Part shown: positions 7,825 through 16,627 of the stretch, in pieces
How positions within the stretch are numbered: position 1 is the stretch's first letter
How the letters are laid out: every line of letters begins with the position of its first letter
IMG/VR virus record: IMGVR_UViG_3300010362_000015
Coordinates: 9,593 to 73,592 of that record
DNA length: 64,000 nt
Source of the DNA: a virus
Lineage: Duplodnaviria > Caudoviricetes
Direction: 5' to 3' (one strand)
Translations under genes and position numbers: made by a program
Notes under the pieces: generated by a model
Database searches by the model: none
Seen by the model: only the letters and a program-made list of their open reading frames with translations
What the model was told of the DNA's origin: nothing

Positions 7825-8162
7825 GACGTCGCCGCCATTTTCACCAGCTCCAGAATTCTCATGTGGCCCTCGACGGCTTTGTCGTAGCTGTCGTAGCGCC
7901 GCTGCTGGAGATCGTCGCGCCAGCGCCAGCCGCCGAAGACCATCGTTTCCCAAAGCACTGGCCCGCCGCGCCGCATCCAATTGTGGTCGATCCCCAAGAA
8001 CACGGTCGAGACGACGTAGTCGCCGATCTTGTCCTGGCGCACAATGCGATCCGCGGACTCGAACCACGCGGCCCACTTGAGCGTGTCGCGCTCGATCACC
8101 GGCGTTCTGCCGTCAGGCGCGAGCACGTAGTTGTCGAGCACGCTGCGCCGCCGCCCTCTCAT
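7821..8162 (-). CDS. phage hypothetical protein
   Basis: VSTVFLGIDH...WETMVFGG motif recalled from uncharacterised phage proteins. Confidence 0.75.
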   Translation of the reverse strand: MRGRRRSVLDNYVLAPDGRTPVIERDTLKWAAWFESADRIVRQDKIGDYVVSTVFLGIDHNWMRRGGPVLWETMVFGGWRWRDDLQQRRYDSYDKAVEGHMRILELVKMAATS

Positions 8163-8620
8163 GTCAAATTCGTGATGGGGAATTTTTCCCCCTCGCGGTA
8201 TAGCGCCAGCCGTAGGGTAACGCCGGGGTAATACTCGCTGTCGGCGTCCACGCATACATCGAGCCCGGCGTCCAGCGCCCAATCCAAAAGCGTCTTCAGG
8301 GTGTCGCGGTCCAGGCGCGAGTAGGGATGAAAAATCGCCGCATAAGGCCGCCCGTTGCGGTTGTACAGTCGAATGTGGTCGAAGAGGTGTTCGATCTCCG
8401 ACTTCAGATCGAGGCCATGGTAATTGCCCCTCCGAAGACGCTCTGGGTGGGTCGCCAGACGGCGCAGAAAACTATCCACTGCGCGGTGACTGCGTTGCAT
8501 TCCGGCCTGTCGATAGCAGTCGGTATTGATGCGGCTCCGCTCATTTGCCAGAACCTGTACGGCGCGATCACAATCGCTCTTTCCAAACGAACCGCCCGCC
8601 GGGGCCAGATCGTCTCTCAT
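8159..8620 (-). CDS. hypothetical protein, 153 aa
   Basis: AAGGAGGGA RBS upstream of ATG 8620. Confidence 0.7.
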   Translation of the reverse strand: MRDDLAPAGGSFGKSDCDRAVQVLANERSRINTDCYRQAGMQRSHRAVDSFLRRLATHPERLRRGNYHGLDLKSEIEHLFDHIRLYNRNGRPYAAIFHPYSRLDRDTLKTLLDWALDAGLDVCVDADSEYYPGVTLRLALYREGEKFPITNLT

Positions 8621-8633
8621 GCTTCCCTCCTTC

Positions 8634-9563
8634 TCAAATCTTGACCTCCACATCGCGTTCCTTCACGATCTTCTTGCCGCGGTTGCCGCGCACGGTCATG
8701 GGCGACCAGACCAACGTGTTGTATTTCCCGAACAGGCCTGCACCTTGTCTGTAGTCCCTGAAATGCCCGCGGCAGATATGCAGCGCGCGTGCGAGCCCGA
8801 CCTTGTCGGAGCCGCCCTCACGCTTGAGAATCTGCTTGAGCGGCTCGATTACGAGCGTCTTGTAGCCCGACGGGCTCGCGCCCCCGTGCCGCTCGCGATA
8901 GCGCTTCACCAGCTTCGCGTCGGGCTGGTTGTCGATCACGCGCACATTCTTACAGTGCAGGAACGAGATCGCCAGGAAGGTCGGGTTGAGATAAGTGATG
9001 TGCGCCTTGAGGATCTCATCGTGCAGCCCGCCGGTGTAGGTCTGTATCCATGGCCGCTCGATGATCGCGCCGTTCTCATCCACCATGAGAAAGACCGAGC
9101 CATGCGGCCCGTCGGCGACGATATCGCGCCTGATCCGGTAGTCGATGAAATACTCGCACCATAAGATCCACTTGCATGTATCAGGTGCGGCCTTGTCGGC
9201 GACGATCTGGCCCTGAGGATCGAGGGCGGATACGAGCACGCCCATGCGCCCGCCCGCGAAGTGGTCGGAGATATCCGTCAGCCCCTTCTCTTTCGAATAA
9301 ACGTGGTTGGGCAGCGGATGCTCGAACCAGCACTGCGTCCACGGCGGCGCGAGGTTGGGCATGTCGGTGCGCAGATCCCAATACTCCTGATCGCTCTGGA
9401 AGAAATACTCCGCGATGTTGGCGATATGGATCACCGGCATATCGGCCTGCAGGAAGTCGAGCACCTTCTGCGCGTACCGCTCCCACACGTCTTCCATGCT
9501 GGGCGCGATGAACCACGGCATGCGCACCGGGCCGCGGCGAAGATCATCGAGGAAGCGGGCCAT
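8634..9563 (-). CDS. hypothetical protein, paralogue A, 309 aa
   Basis: Long ORF; C-terminal LHICRGHFRDYRQGAGLFGK shared with the neighbour. Confidence 0.85.
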   Translation of the reverse strand: MARFLDDLRRGPVRMPWFIAPSMEDVWERYAQKVLDFLQADMPVIHIANIAEYFFQSDQEYWDLRTDMPNLAPPWTQCWFEHPLPNHVYSKEKGLTDISDHFAGGRMGVLVSALDPQGQIVADKAAPDTCKWILWCEYFIDYRIRRDIVADGPHGSVFLMVDENGAIIERPWIQTYTGGLHDEILKAHITYLNPTFLAISFLHCKNVRVIDNQPDAKLVKRYRERHGGASPSGYKTLVIEPLKQILKREGGSDKVGLARALHICRGHFRDYRQGAGLFGKYNTLVWSPMTVRGNRGKKIVKERDVEVKI

Positions 9564-9566
9564 ATG

Positions 9567-10502
9567 TCAGATGCGTACTTTGATCTCGGGCGGCGTTGCC
9601 TTGGCGCCTTCTGCCTTCGAGCCGCGGACGTGCATCGGCTGCCAGTAGATCCCGTGGTGTTTGCCGAATAAGCCCGGGCCCTCGCGGAAATCCATGAAGT
9701 GTCCGCGGCAGATGTGCAGCGCCTTCTGCAGGCCGATCTCGCCCGACCGGCCCTCCTTCTCCAGGATGCCCTTTAATGGTTCGATTACGAGCGTCTTGTA
9801 TGGAGCCGGGCTCACGCCGCCATGGCGTTCGCGATAGCGCTTCGCCAGCTTGGGATCGGCGGTGTGATCGATAATTCGCACGTTCTTGCAATGCAGGAAG
9901 CATAGCGTTAGCAGAACAGGATTGAGCGACAGCTGTAGAGCTGCGCTCTCGCCAGGAACGGGCTTATCGCCGTAGGACGCCTGAAACCATCCGACCGGGC
10001 GCCCTTCTTTGCTTATGTCAACATAGATCGGAGGCGTTGGCCCCAATGGCTTCCAGCTGCGAACACCCCTGATCTGATAGCTCTCGCCGAAACTTAGGCA
10101 GAGTTCACACTGGAGAATCCATCTGGTTTCAGCGGACGGAGCTTGAGTTTCTGCGTAGTGGCCAACGAGAGCAGCGGGGTCAAGCGCTGTTATCAGAAAG
10201 CCGAAACGGGAGCGGGGACTTGCTACTGGTAGAAATTTACCCCAAGGCGGCTTGCGGAACTCGGCCCAAAACTGCGTGTAAGGTGGGGCGAGGTTCGGGA
10301 AGTCGCGCACAATATCCCACTTGATTTCTTCGCCGCCATAAATATAGTCGGCTATATTGTCGATCAGAAATATTGGCAGATCGCCCATCAAGGCAGTGGT
10401 GAAGCTTTCCCGGGCCTTGAGCCAGTGCGGCGATGTCACCGGAACGGACTCGGGCCTTTCCAATCTGCTATCGGCGCGCAGATCATCGATGAACCGGCTC
10501 AT
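9567..10502 (-). CDS. hypothetical protein, paralogue B, 311 aa
   Basis: Long ORF; shares MxRFxDDLR, PNLAPP and the C-terminal block with 8634-9563. Confidence 0.85.
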   Translation of the reverse strand: MSRFIDDLRADSRLERPESVPVTSPHWLKARESFTTALMGDLPIFLIDNIADYIYGGEEIKWDIVRDFPNLAPPYTQFWAEFRKPPWGKFLPVASPRSRFGFLITALDPAALVGHYAETQAPSAETRWILQCELCLSFGESYQIRGVRSWKPLGPTPPIYVDISKEGRPVGWFQASYGDKPVPGESAALQLSLNPVLLTLCFLHCKNVRIIDHTADPKLAKRYRERHGGVSPAPYKTLVIEPLKGILEKEGRSGEIGLQKALHICRGHFMDFREGPGLFGKHHGIYWQPMHVRGSKAEGAKATPPEIKVRI

Positions 10503-10509
10503 GACAACC

Positions 10510-10836
10510 TCACGCCGCGGTCGAGCGCTTCTGCGGCTCTTGCAGCTCGGCCCTGGTCGGCATTCGATACAGCGACGGGTCGAGCCACGTCGTCAGCGGC
10601 GCGTAGACGTTCTTGCGCGTGATGCTGGTGTGGCCGAACTGCTCCCAGGCCTCGACGCCCGCGCGCGTCGCGTGGAAGCCCTTGCCCGGCCTGTATGCGA
10701 CCCAGCCTCGGATCAACATGCTCCTGAGCGGCCTCTGGTCGTAGCGCGCCGCATCTACGACGGGCATGTACCAGTTGGTGCCGTTCTGCGCGAAGATCTT
10801 GAGCATCGGGTGCTGCCGGTTGCTGAGGTTGATCAT
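10510..10836 (-). CDS. hypothetical protein, possible winged helix, 108 aa
   Basis: LRSMLIRGWVAYRPGKGFHATRAG resembles a wHTH wing; GGAGAGAG RBS. Confidence 0.6.
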   Translation of the reverse strand: MINLSNRQHPMLKIFAQNGTNWYMPVVDAARYDQRPLRSMLIRGWVAYRPGKGFHATRAGVEAWEQFGHTSITRKNVYAPLTTWLDPSLYRMPTRAELQEPQKRSTAA

Positions 10837-11192
10837 TCGCTCTCTCCTTTCTTCGGCTCGCGCAGGATAGCTTCGACGTCCATTTGGTCGGCAATCGAAA
10901 AAGTGCTGGGATTGCCGCCGGGATTCGCGTAACCAGACCGCTCGGCGAGCCGTATGCGGGCCGGTGTGACGACGTGCAGGTCGCAATAGGCGCAGCAGCG
11001 GCCATTGTTGACCGGCTCGGCGTTGCTGGAGAATTCGGGAAACGGCTCCTGGCAGATCGAGCAAATTTGACGCCGCGGTTTGCGCCTGCCGGTGATCGCG
11101 AAGTGAGCGTGAGTCGTCGGCATGACGACTGCGCTGGTGATGCCGTTCGCCGCCAGATATTCGCGGGCCTCTGCTGCGGATTGAAATATCAT
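10833..11192 (-). CDS. Zn-finger hypothetical protein
   Basis: CSICQ and AEPVNNGRCCAYCD motifs; ATGA coupling. Confidence 0.7.
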   Translation of the reverse strand: MIFQSAAEAREYLAANGITSAVVMPTTHAHFAITGRRKPRRQICSICQEPFPEFSSNAEPVNNGRCCAYCDLHVVTPARIRLAERSGYANPGGNPSTFSIADQMDVEAILREPKKGESE

Positions 11193-11617
11193 GCTGCGGC
11201 CTCCGGCGATCCGTTGGTCTGCTTCGCCTTGCCGTTCATCTTGGAGATGAGGGCTTTCTGCTCCTTCGGCGTCATCCCGTCCCAGGCCTCGTTCTTTTTG
11301 GCCTTCTTGATTTTCACCGTCGGCTTCCACTTCGCCCTGCGCCGGGCCATCTCGGCCCTGCGCGCCTTCGGGTCCGCGGGCCAGCCGCTCGACAGCTTGG
11401 GCGGCCTGCCGCGGCGGCCTCGCACGGTGGCGGGCTTGACCAGCAGCTCGGTCGCAGCGTTCTGCGCGGCGTCGATCTCGTGCAGCTCGGCCTGTATTCT
11501 GGCCGCCATGGCGTCCAGCATGCGCATCACGCGCTTGATGCTCTCCAGCTGGACCTCCAGGCCCATGCGCTCGTACTCCGATGGCACGCGTGCCTCTGAT
11601 TCGGTGTTTTGCTTCAT
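11189..11617 (-). CDS. coiled-coil plus AT-hook basic protein (nucleoid-associated/silencer-like)
   Basis: N-terminal heptads, RGRRGRPPK AT-hook and Lys/Arg-rich tail. Confidence 0.7.
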   Translation of the reverse strand: MKQNTESEARVPSEYERMGLEVQLESIKRVMRMLDAMAARIQAELHEIDAAQNAATELLVKPATVRGRRGRPPKLSSGWPADPKARRAEMARRRAKWKPTVKIKKAKKNEAWDGMTPKEQKALISKMNGKAKQTNGSPEAAA

Positions 11618-11671
11618 CCTCTGATCAGCTCCATTTCCTTAGTGGTCTAGCCGCCACTTTTTTTGCTATTG

Positions 11672-11701
11672 ATACTACATCTATCGGGCGCGAAATTTCA
11701 A
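11672..11701 (-). promoter_or_regulatory. sigma70-type promoter for the accessory operon starting at 11617
   Basis: TTGAAA-18-TAGTAT in an AT-rich gap. Confidence 0.55.
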
Positions 11702-11752
11702 ACCATTCCTATTAGTCAAACGTGTGAAATAAAACTGGCTCCATCGCTAATG

Positions 11753-11791
11753 TTATCCAAAAACGGCAAAGAGTTGCCGAATCCTGGATAA
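11753..11791 (-). repeat. 39-bp hairpin A (TTATCCA...TGGATAA), twin of 24403-24443
   Basis: Inverted repeat directly after the stop of 11792-12136; G-U pairs on the minus strand. Confidence 0.8.
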
Positions 11792-12136
11792 TCAGGCCGC
11801 GGCGATGCAGGCGCATTTCTTCACGCAGGAAAAGCCGCCCTTCTCCACCCAGATCCAACCGGAGCCGCCGCAGACCGGGCAGCCGGTATTCTTCGGTGAG
11901 CTGAGGTTGTAGTCGTCCGGTGGATGAAAATAGTCGAAGATGTCGCCCGGCTTCGGGCACTCCCGTTTTCTCTGCGTCAGCGTCCAGCTATCGACAAAGC
12001 CTTCAGCGGCCTCGCGCGTGGGCGCTTCCATCATGGCCTTGAGCAGCTGCCCGACGGCTCCTTCGTCCTGCGGGAAATAGCTCAAACCCGACAATCTTCT
12101 AACTAGCACGTATGCGATTGCAGGATCTATCGGCAT
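11792..12136 (-). CDS. replication-associated protein with a C-terminal Zn finger (helicase loader-like position)
   Basis: Directly downstream of the initiator; CPKPGDI and CPVCGGSGW...CAC motifs. Confidence 0.6.
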   Translation of the reverse strand: MPIDPAIAYVLVRRLSGLSYFPQDEGAVGQLLKAMMEAPTREAAEGFVDSWTLTQRKRECPKPGDIFDYFHPPDDYNLSSPKNTGCPVCGGSGWIWVEKGGFSCVKKCACIAAA

Positions 12137-13202
12137 ATAGCCTCAGCACCTCCTCCATCTTTGCGTCGGCTTTGCTCATGGGCTTGCGCACCACCGGCTC
12201 GATGCGCCACTCGCCCTCGGCTATCCATCGCCACAACTGCGGAACGTACTTTTCCACCGGTAGCGTCGCCCAGTATTCGCACCACGCCGGATGATGCTCG
12301 CGCATAACGTTGGCAGCTGACGGGTCGCGCCGCAGAACCTTGTCGATCTCCGCGGCGGCCTTGAGCGGCAGGCCCGGCTGTGGATGTTCCGCCATCAGCT
12401 CGAAGGCCAGCTGCTCGGCCTCGGAAACCTGTCGAACTTCGCCGTGCTCGCCCGGTATATAGTTCGGGGGCGGCGAGTCGGGTCTGGTCCCGGGCCGGTA
12501 GTCTGCACCGTCAGCCACTCGTTGAACGGCGTCGCCCCCTGAGCACACCCCCTGGCTCACCGGCTGAGCCCGGGCTTGTAAATTCTCCTTCAATGAACCA
12601 GATCGAACCGGTTCTGCTGCCGGTTCCACTCGCGCTCGGTGTTGCTCTATTTTCGACTCATCACACGCCGCCGCCGCCGCCGCCGGTCGCGCCTCGTCTC
12701 GCCCCTTCTTAACTTCAACAGGCGGCACGGCGGCGAGTGGTTCAGAAACAGATGGTTCAAAGACAGTTGGTTCATATATAGATAGCGGCAGCTCGAACTG
12801 TCGCTGGTGACAACTTGTCTTTGTCATCGGTGACAACTTGTCTTTGTCATCGGTGACAGTTCGGCTTCGTCTCGCCCGTGGCCGAGTTGCCCGGTTCTCG
12901 GCCTTCTGCCACTGGTCCTCGGTGGCGATTACGTAGTCACAGGACAAGCTGCCATGCTGCTGGACTCGGAGGATGCCGCGGGACCGCAGCAGGCCGGTCG
13001 CCCGATCCAATGTGCTGAGCGAAATCCCGGCACGCTCGGCCAGCTTCTCGCGCTTGGGATTACACTGGCCCGTCTGCCTGTTACGAAACGTCATTAAAGC
13101 GGCGAAAACTCTTATCACCGAGTGCGTGACGGAATGATCACAAGCCAATACTTGAGGGATGCAAATGTAAGGGGTTGTGGGATAATAAGCAGCAGTGGAC
13201 AC
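12099..13202 (-). CDS. replication initiator with N-terminal HTH (lambda O-like organisation)
   Basis: CNPKREKLAERAGISLSTLDRATGLLRSRGIL HTH; internal iterons; GTG 13202 with AGGGAGA RBS. Confidence 0.75.
   Translation of the reverse strand: MSTAAYYPTTPYICIPQVLACDHSVTHSVIRVFAALMTFRNRQTGQCNPKREKLAERAGISLSTLDRATGLLRSRGILRVQQHGSLSCDYVIATEDQWQKAENRATRPRARRSRTVTDDKDKLSPMTKTSCHQRQFELPLSIYEPTVFEPSVSEPLAAVPPVEVKKGRDEARPAAAAAACDESKIEQHRARVEPAAEPVRSGSLKENLQARAQPVSQGVCSGGDAVQRVADGADYRPGTRPDSPPPNYIPGEHGEVRQVSEAEQLAFELMAEHPQPGLPLKAAAEIDKVLRRDPSAANVMREHHPAWCEYWATLPVEKYVPQLWRWIAEGEWRIEPVVRKPMSKADAKMEEVLRLYADRSCNRIRAS
12738..12858. repeat. putative replication origin: two perfect 23-bp iterons plus a partial third, and three TGGTTCA-led 15-mers
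   Basis: GGTGACAACTTGTCTTTGTCATC at 12806-12828 and 12829-12851; TGGTTCA at 12738, 12753 and 12768 next to ATATATAGAT. Confidence 0.75.
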
Positions 13203-13318
13203 CGGGTCATCTCCCTGGCCTTTGCGGACCTGACTAAGTCGTTTGCAGCGACTAAGGTGTTCGATGGGTAAAAGTCTCGCGGCTCGCACCGGCGGGCCGC
13301 ATTTGTTTTTTACGGTCC

Positions 13319-13675
13319 TTAAGGCGCGCGTTCGAGGCGTTCCAGCCAATCGCGGAGTTGCTCTCCGGCCTGCACGATGACGATGTCGAAGCCGTAGCCC
13401 ATACGCAGTTCGGCGTGCCGCTTGCGCTGCACGTCGGTCGGCTGCTCGCCGGGCCGCTTCGCTTCCATGAAGACGGAGCCGGGGGCGGCCAGCAGCCAGT
13501 CGGGATCGCCGGGCGTGCCCATCGTCACCCAGTTCCCATTCGGCGTGCGGAACCGCCCCACATGTTGGCGCACCGGGTAATACCCGTATCGCCGCGCCAG
13601 CTTCAAGCACACGCGCTCGACGTCGTTTTCGGAATACTCGACGCGCTCGGGGCGCAGTGCAAATCTGGAACTCAC
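13319..13675 (-). CDS. VRR-NUC / PD-(D/E)XK nuclease
   Basis: GDPDWLL...FMEAKRPGEQPTDVQRKRHAEL; GTGA overlap. Confidence 0.85.
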   Translation of the reverse strand: MSSRFALRPERVEYSENDVERVCLKLARRYGYYPVRQHVGRFRTPNGNWVTMGTPGDPDWLLAAPGSVFMEAKRPGEQPTDVQRKRHAELRMGYGFDIVIVQAGEQLRDWLERLERAP

Positions 13676-13893
13676 GCCGCGGCTCCTTCGGGCGCAGGCG
13701 GCGGGACGTTGACGATCTCGAAGCCGCAGTGCATGAACTGCCCGGCCAGCGAAACCCACAGGCCGCGCTCGCAGCCGATCACGCCGACCGTCGTCCACTC
13801 ACCCGAGCCGCGCTGCATCTCCATGCGACCGTGTACGCGATCCGGCACGCGCACGGCGTACCACATCACCCGATACTTGATGCTGGGGGTCAC
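13672..13893 (-). CDS. hypothetical protein, 73 aa
   Basis: GTGA overlaps on both sides. Confidence 0.6.
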   Translation of the reverse strand: MTPSIKYRVMWYAVRVPDRVHGRMEMQRGSGEWTTVGVIGCERGLWVSLAGQFMHCGFEIVNVPPPAPEGAAA

Positions 13894-14264
13894 GCTGCCA
13901 CTGCGTCCTGCGCCGCGCGCCTCACGCGGATGCGGCAGTTGGTGCAGACATCAGCTTTGTCCAGCTCGTCCCATTCGAGGTAGCCCTTCTTGTGACTGGC
14001 CTTGACCTCGGTTTTGCACCACGTGAGGTCGAAGCCGAACATCGAGAGATGGCGCACGCGCGAGATCACCGCGGTCTTCAACGCGCCCTTGCCGCGAACG
14101 ATCTGCGACAGCGCCTGGAGCTGCCGCGCTTCGACCGCGGCGTTGGACTTCTTCTTCACGCAGTCCATGCACTCGGCCCAGGCCGGAGTCACGGTCTTGT
14201 GGATGTTCGGATCGGGATGCTGGCTCGCCTCAGGAATGGGGTTGCCGCACGTCTTGCAGATCAT
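13890..14264 (-). CDS. Zn-finger hypothetical protein, 124 aa
   Basis: CKTC, CMDC and CTNC pairs. Confidence 0.7.
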   Translation of the reverse strand: MICKTCGNPIPEASQHPDPNIHKTVTPAWAECMDCVKKKSNAAVEARQLQALSQIVRGKGALKTAVISRVRHLSMFGFDLTWCKTEVKASHKKGYLEWDELDKADVCTNCRIRVRRAAQDAVAA

Positions 14265-14593
14265 CGGGCGACCTCCGGCGTTGTCATGGCGATGCGCAGC
14301 GCATCGATGTCATCGGGGTACTTGTTCTTGAAGTCGGCCAGCGTGTACGTGAGGTCGAGTTTGGGCCGCTTGCCCCACGGGCACATCGGACCTTCCCAGT
14401 GATAGCGGATGAGGTCGCCGTCGAGCTTGGCCCACTCGAACGATTCCTGCGTGATCGAACGGCGGAAGATCTCGATCATCGATTCCTCCCGAACGCAAAA
14501 AACCCGGGGGCGCGCGGCCCCCGGGTCGATTGGCATCCAATATTGGCCGGTGATCTCACGCGGCCCTCTTCCTGGCATATCTGCCGGGAACAC
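14261..14593 (-). CDS. hypothetical protein, up to 110 aa
   Basis: ORF overlapping the recombinase 3' end; start uncertain. Confidence 0.6.
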   Translation of the reverse strand: MFPADMPGRGPREITGQYWMPIDPGAARPRVFCVREESMIEIFRRSITQESFEWAKLDGDLIRYHWEGPMCPWGKRPKLDLTYTLADFKNKYPDDIDALRIAMTTPEVAR

Positions 14594-16247
14594 GTCCCTT
14601 TAAATTGAACGGGATAGTGACGAAAGAACTGTTATCGCCGGGAACACCGCAATAACAGTTTCCAGCCGGTAAAACTACCCGCCCGATGATCTCGAACTCG
14701 CGGGTGCGGTCGTCGTAGATGACCTTCTCGCAGAAGCGCTTGAGGATCTCCACGCGGTCGGCGAACTCAGTCGGCTCGCCGGGCTCCACGATCTCGTCGC
14801 AGAAACTCTCGATGGCCGCATCCTCCGGCATAGCCACCACGTTGGCCTGCGCTGCGATGTCGGCCTTCACCACCTCGATCTGCGCCTTCACGGCAGCCAA
14901 GCGCTTCTGCGCCTCCGCATAGGGCACTGAGCTGTTCTGGTCGTACACCACGTCCACTGCGCGCTTCTCCTGCTTCAGGAGGGCCGCCAACTGGGCCTTC
15001 AGGTCAGGACCGGCGGCGGGTTTGCCCTGGCATCCATAGTACGCCCGCACCCAGCCTTTGAGAGTAGCTTTGTTGGTGACTTCGGACCAGACCACGGTAA
15101 AGACCGACCGGTCCAGGAGCTTCGAGGAAACGCCCCCGGCGGGACACAACCGGACGCAGTAATCCTTGCGGTCTATGTTGCCGCAACGATACGTCGGGCC
15201 GCCGCTGCCCGGGCTGGTGCTCAGGCGGCTGCCGCAGCGCTTGCAGACGGCCATCTTGGAAAGCTCGTACTGCTTCGACGGACGGCCTACGCGCAGGGCC
15301 TTGTTCCGCAGGTTGGCCTGCACTTTGTGGAAGACCGCCGCGGTGACGATGCTGGGGCATTTGGTGATCTTCTCTTCGCCGTCGATGGACTCATGAAAGT
15401 CGCCGATGTAGGCCGTGTTGGTGAGCATCTGGTACACAGTGGTGCGGCCCCAGCGACCGTCGTTCACGTCGCCCCTGGTGCGGCTCTTCCTGCTCAGTTT
15501 CTTTCCGGCGCGTGGGCTTGGGATGCCGAGCTTGTTGAGTTTCCGCGCGATCTCGGTCGGCCCGAGATGCGGATCGCAGGCCCACAGGAACACCATGCGG
15601 ATGATCTCGGCCTGCGCATCGATGACAACCATGGTGCCGCGCGAGCCCTGCTTCTTGCCGACATACTTGTACCCGAAGGGCACACTGTTCGTCATGACGA
15701 ATCCCTCGCGGGCTTTCTGGCGGCGGCAGCGCGTGGTGCGCTCGATGATCTTGTACTTCTCGTACTCGTTCATCGCGCCCTTGAAGTGGCGCATCAGGTT
15801 TCCCTCGGGCGAACGGGCGTAGTCCTCGTTGACGAATTCCAGGCGCACGTTGTGCTGCTCGCACAGATCTTCGAGAAAGAGCTGCAAGCTCAGCTTGCGG
15901 ATCAGCCGGTCGAGCGAGAAGACCAGCAGCACGTCGATGAGTTCCGCGCGAATGATGTCGATCAACCTCTGGACGGCGGGCCGGTTGAGATCCTTGCCGC
16001 TGAAGTTGTCGTCGATGAACATCAGACTGTCATCGGTGTAGTAGCCGCGCTTCTTGGCGCATTCGAGCGTTTCGTAATCCTGCGACTTGATGGAGTAGTT
16101 GGCCCCGACCTCGCTCTCTGGCGTCGGCGAGATCCGCGCGTAGCGCGCGCAGACCAGCAGCTTGGTGTCGGGCCGCTTGAACACTACCTGAAGATCAGAT
16201 TTGGCGGCGGGCTGTTTAGGCCGCTTCGTTGGTCGCGGACTCATCAT
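14556..16247 (-). CDS. large serine recombinase (integrase-type)
   Basis: YARIS catalytic Ser, DDNFSGKDLNRP and SLDRLIR resolvase motifs, VPFGY recombinase domain, CKRCG...YRC Zn ribbon, coiled coil. Confidence 0.93.
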   Translation of the reverse strand: MMSPRPTKRPKQPAAKSDLQVVFKRPDTKLLVCARYARISPTPESEVGANYSIKSQDYETLECAKKRGYYTDDSLMFIDDNFSGKDLNRPAVQRLIDIIRAELIDVLLVFSLDRLIRKLSLQLFLEDLCEQHNVRLEFVNEDYARSPEGNLMRHFKGAMNEYEKYKIIERTTRCRRQKAREGFVMTNSVPFGYKYVGKKQGSRGTMVVIDAQAEIIRMVFLWACDPHLGPTEIARKLNKLGIPSPRAGKKLSRKSRTRGDVNDGRWGRTTVYQMLTNTAYIGDFHESIDGEEKITKCPSIVTAAVFHKVQANLRNKALRVGRPSKQYELSKMAVCKRCGSRLSTSPGSGGPTYRCGNIDRKDYCVRLCPAGGVSSKLLDRSVFTVVWSEVTNKATLKGWVRAYYGCQGKPAAGPDLKAQLAALLKQEKRAVDVVYDQNSSVPYAEAQKRLAAVKAQIEVVKADIAAQANVVAMPEDAAIESFCDEIVEPGEPTEFADRVEILKRFCEKVIYDDRTREFEIIGRVVLPAGNCYCGVPGDNSSFVTIPFNLKGRVPGRYARKRAA

Positions 16248-16416
16248 GAGCGCGCTTCTCCTCCTGCTCGCGTTTTCGCCGCCGTTGAATGCGCAGCAGC
16301 GCTTCGACCAGATCGCGCGCGTTCTGCTCGGCCTGGGGGCTTGGCTCCGCGCCGGTGATCGTCCCCTTCAGTAACGGCTGCTTGGACGACGCCCGCCCAG
16401 GTGGCTTCCTGGCCAT
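16216..16416 (-). CDS. small helical protein, 66 aa, nested in another frame of 16244-16627
   Basis: NARDLVEALLRIQRRRKRE amphipathic helix; coding status ambiguous. Confidence 0.45.
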   Translation of the reverse strand: MARKPPGRASSKQPLLKGTITGAEPSPQAEQNARDLVEALLRIQRRRKREQEEKRAHDESATNEAA

Positions 16417-16627
16417 CAGCGATAGCCTCCACGGCGGCGAGCTTGGCCTTGAGCACCGGGGCCGCGTAGTGGGCGCAGATGCGCAGCGCCTCGACGGGAT
16501 CGTCGGTCCTGGTATTGAGCTGCAGTACGTCGCCCCTGAGGTCGCGGTAGATCGCCCAGTAAACGACGCCTCGTTTGTGTATCGACCCGGCCCGAAACGG
16601 CAGCCGCGTCTGAATGGGTTTCTTCAT
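16244..16627 (-). CDS. protein with an integrase arm-binding-like N-terminus, first gene after promoter 9
   Basis: AGSIHKRGVVYWAIYRD resembles the GSIxKRxxxWxxxY start of tyrosine-integrase arm domains; ATGA coupling to the recombinase. Confidence 0.6.
   Translation of the reverse strand: MKKPIQTRLPFRAGSIHKRGVVYWAIYRDLRGDVLQLNTRTDDPVEALRICAHYAAPVLKAKLAAVEAIADGQEATWAGVVQAAVTEGDDHRRGAKPPGRAERARSGRSAAAHSTAAKTRAGGEARS

Noticed and set aside
11753-11761. TTATCCAAA as a DnaA-dependent origin
   Set aside because: Only paired near-matches within hairpins; the iterons in the initiator gene explain the origin better
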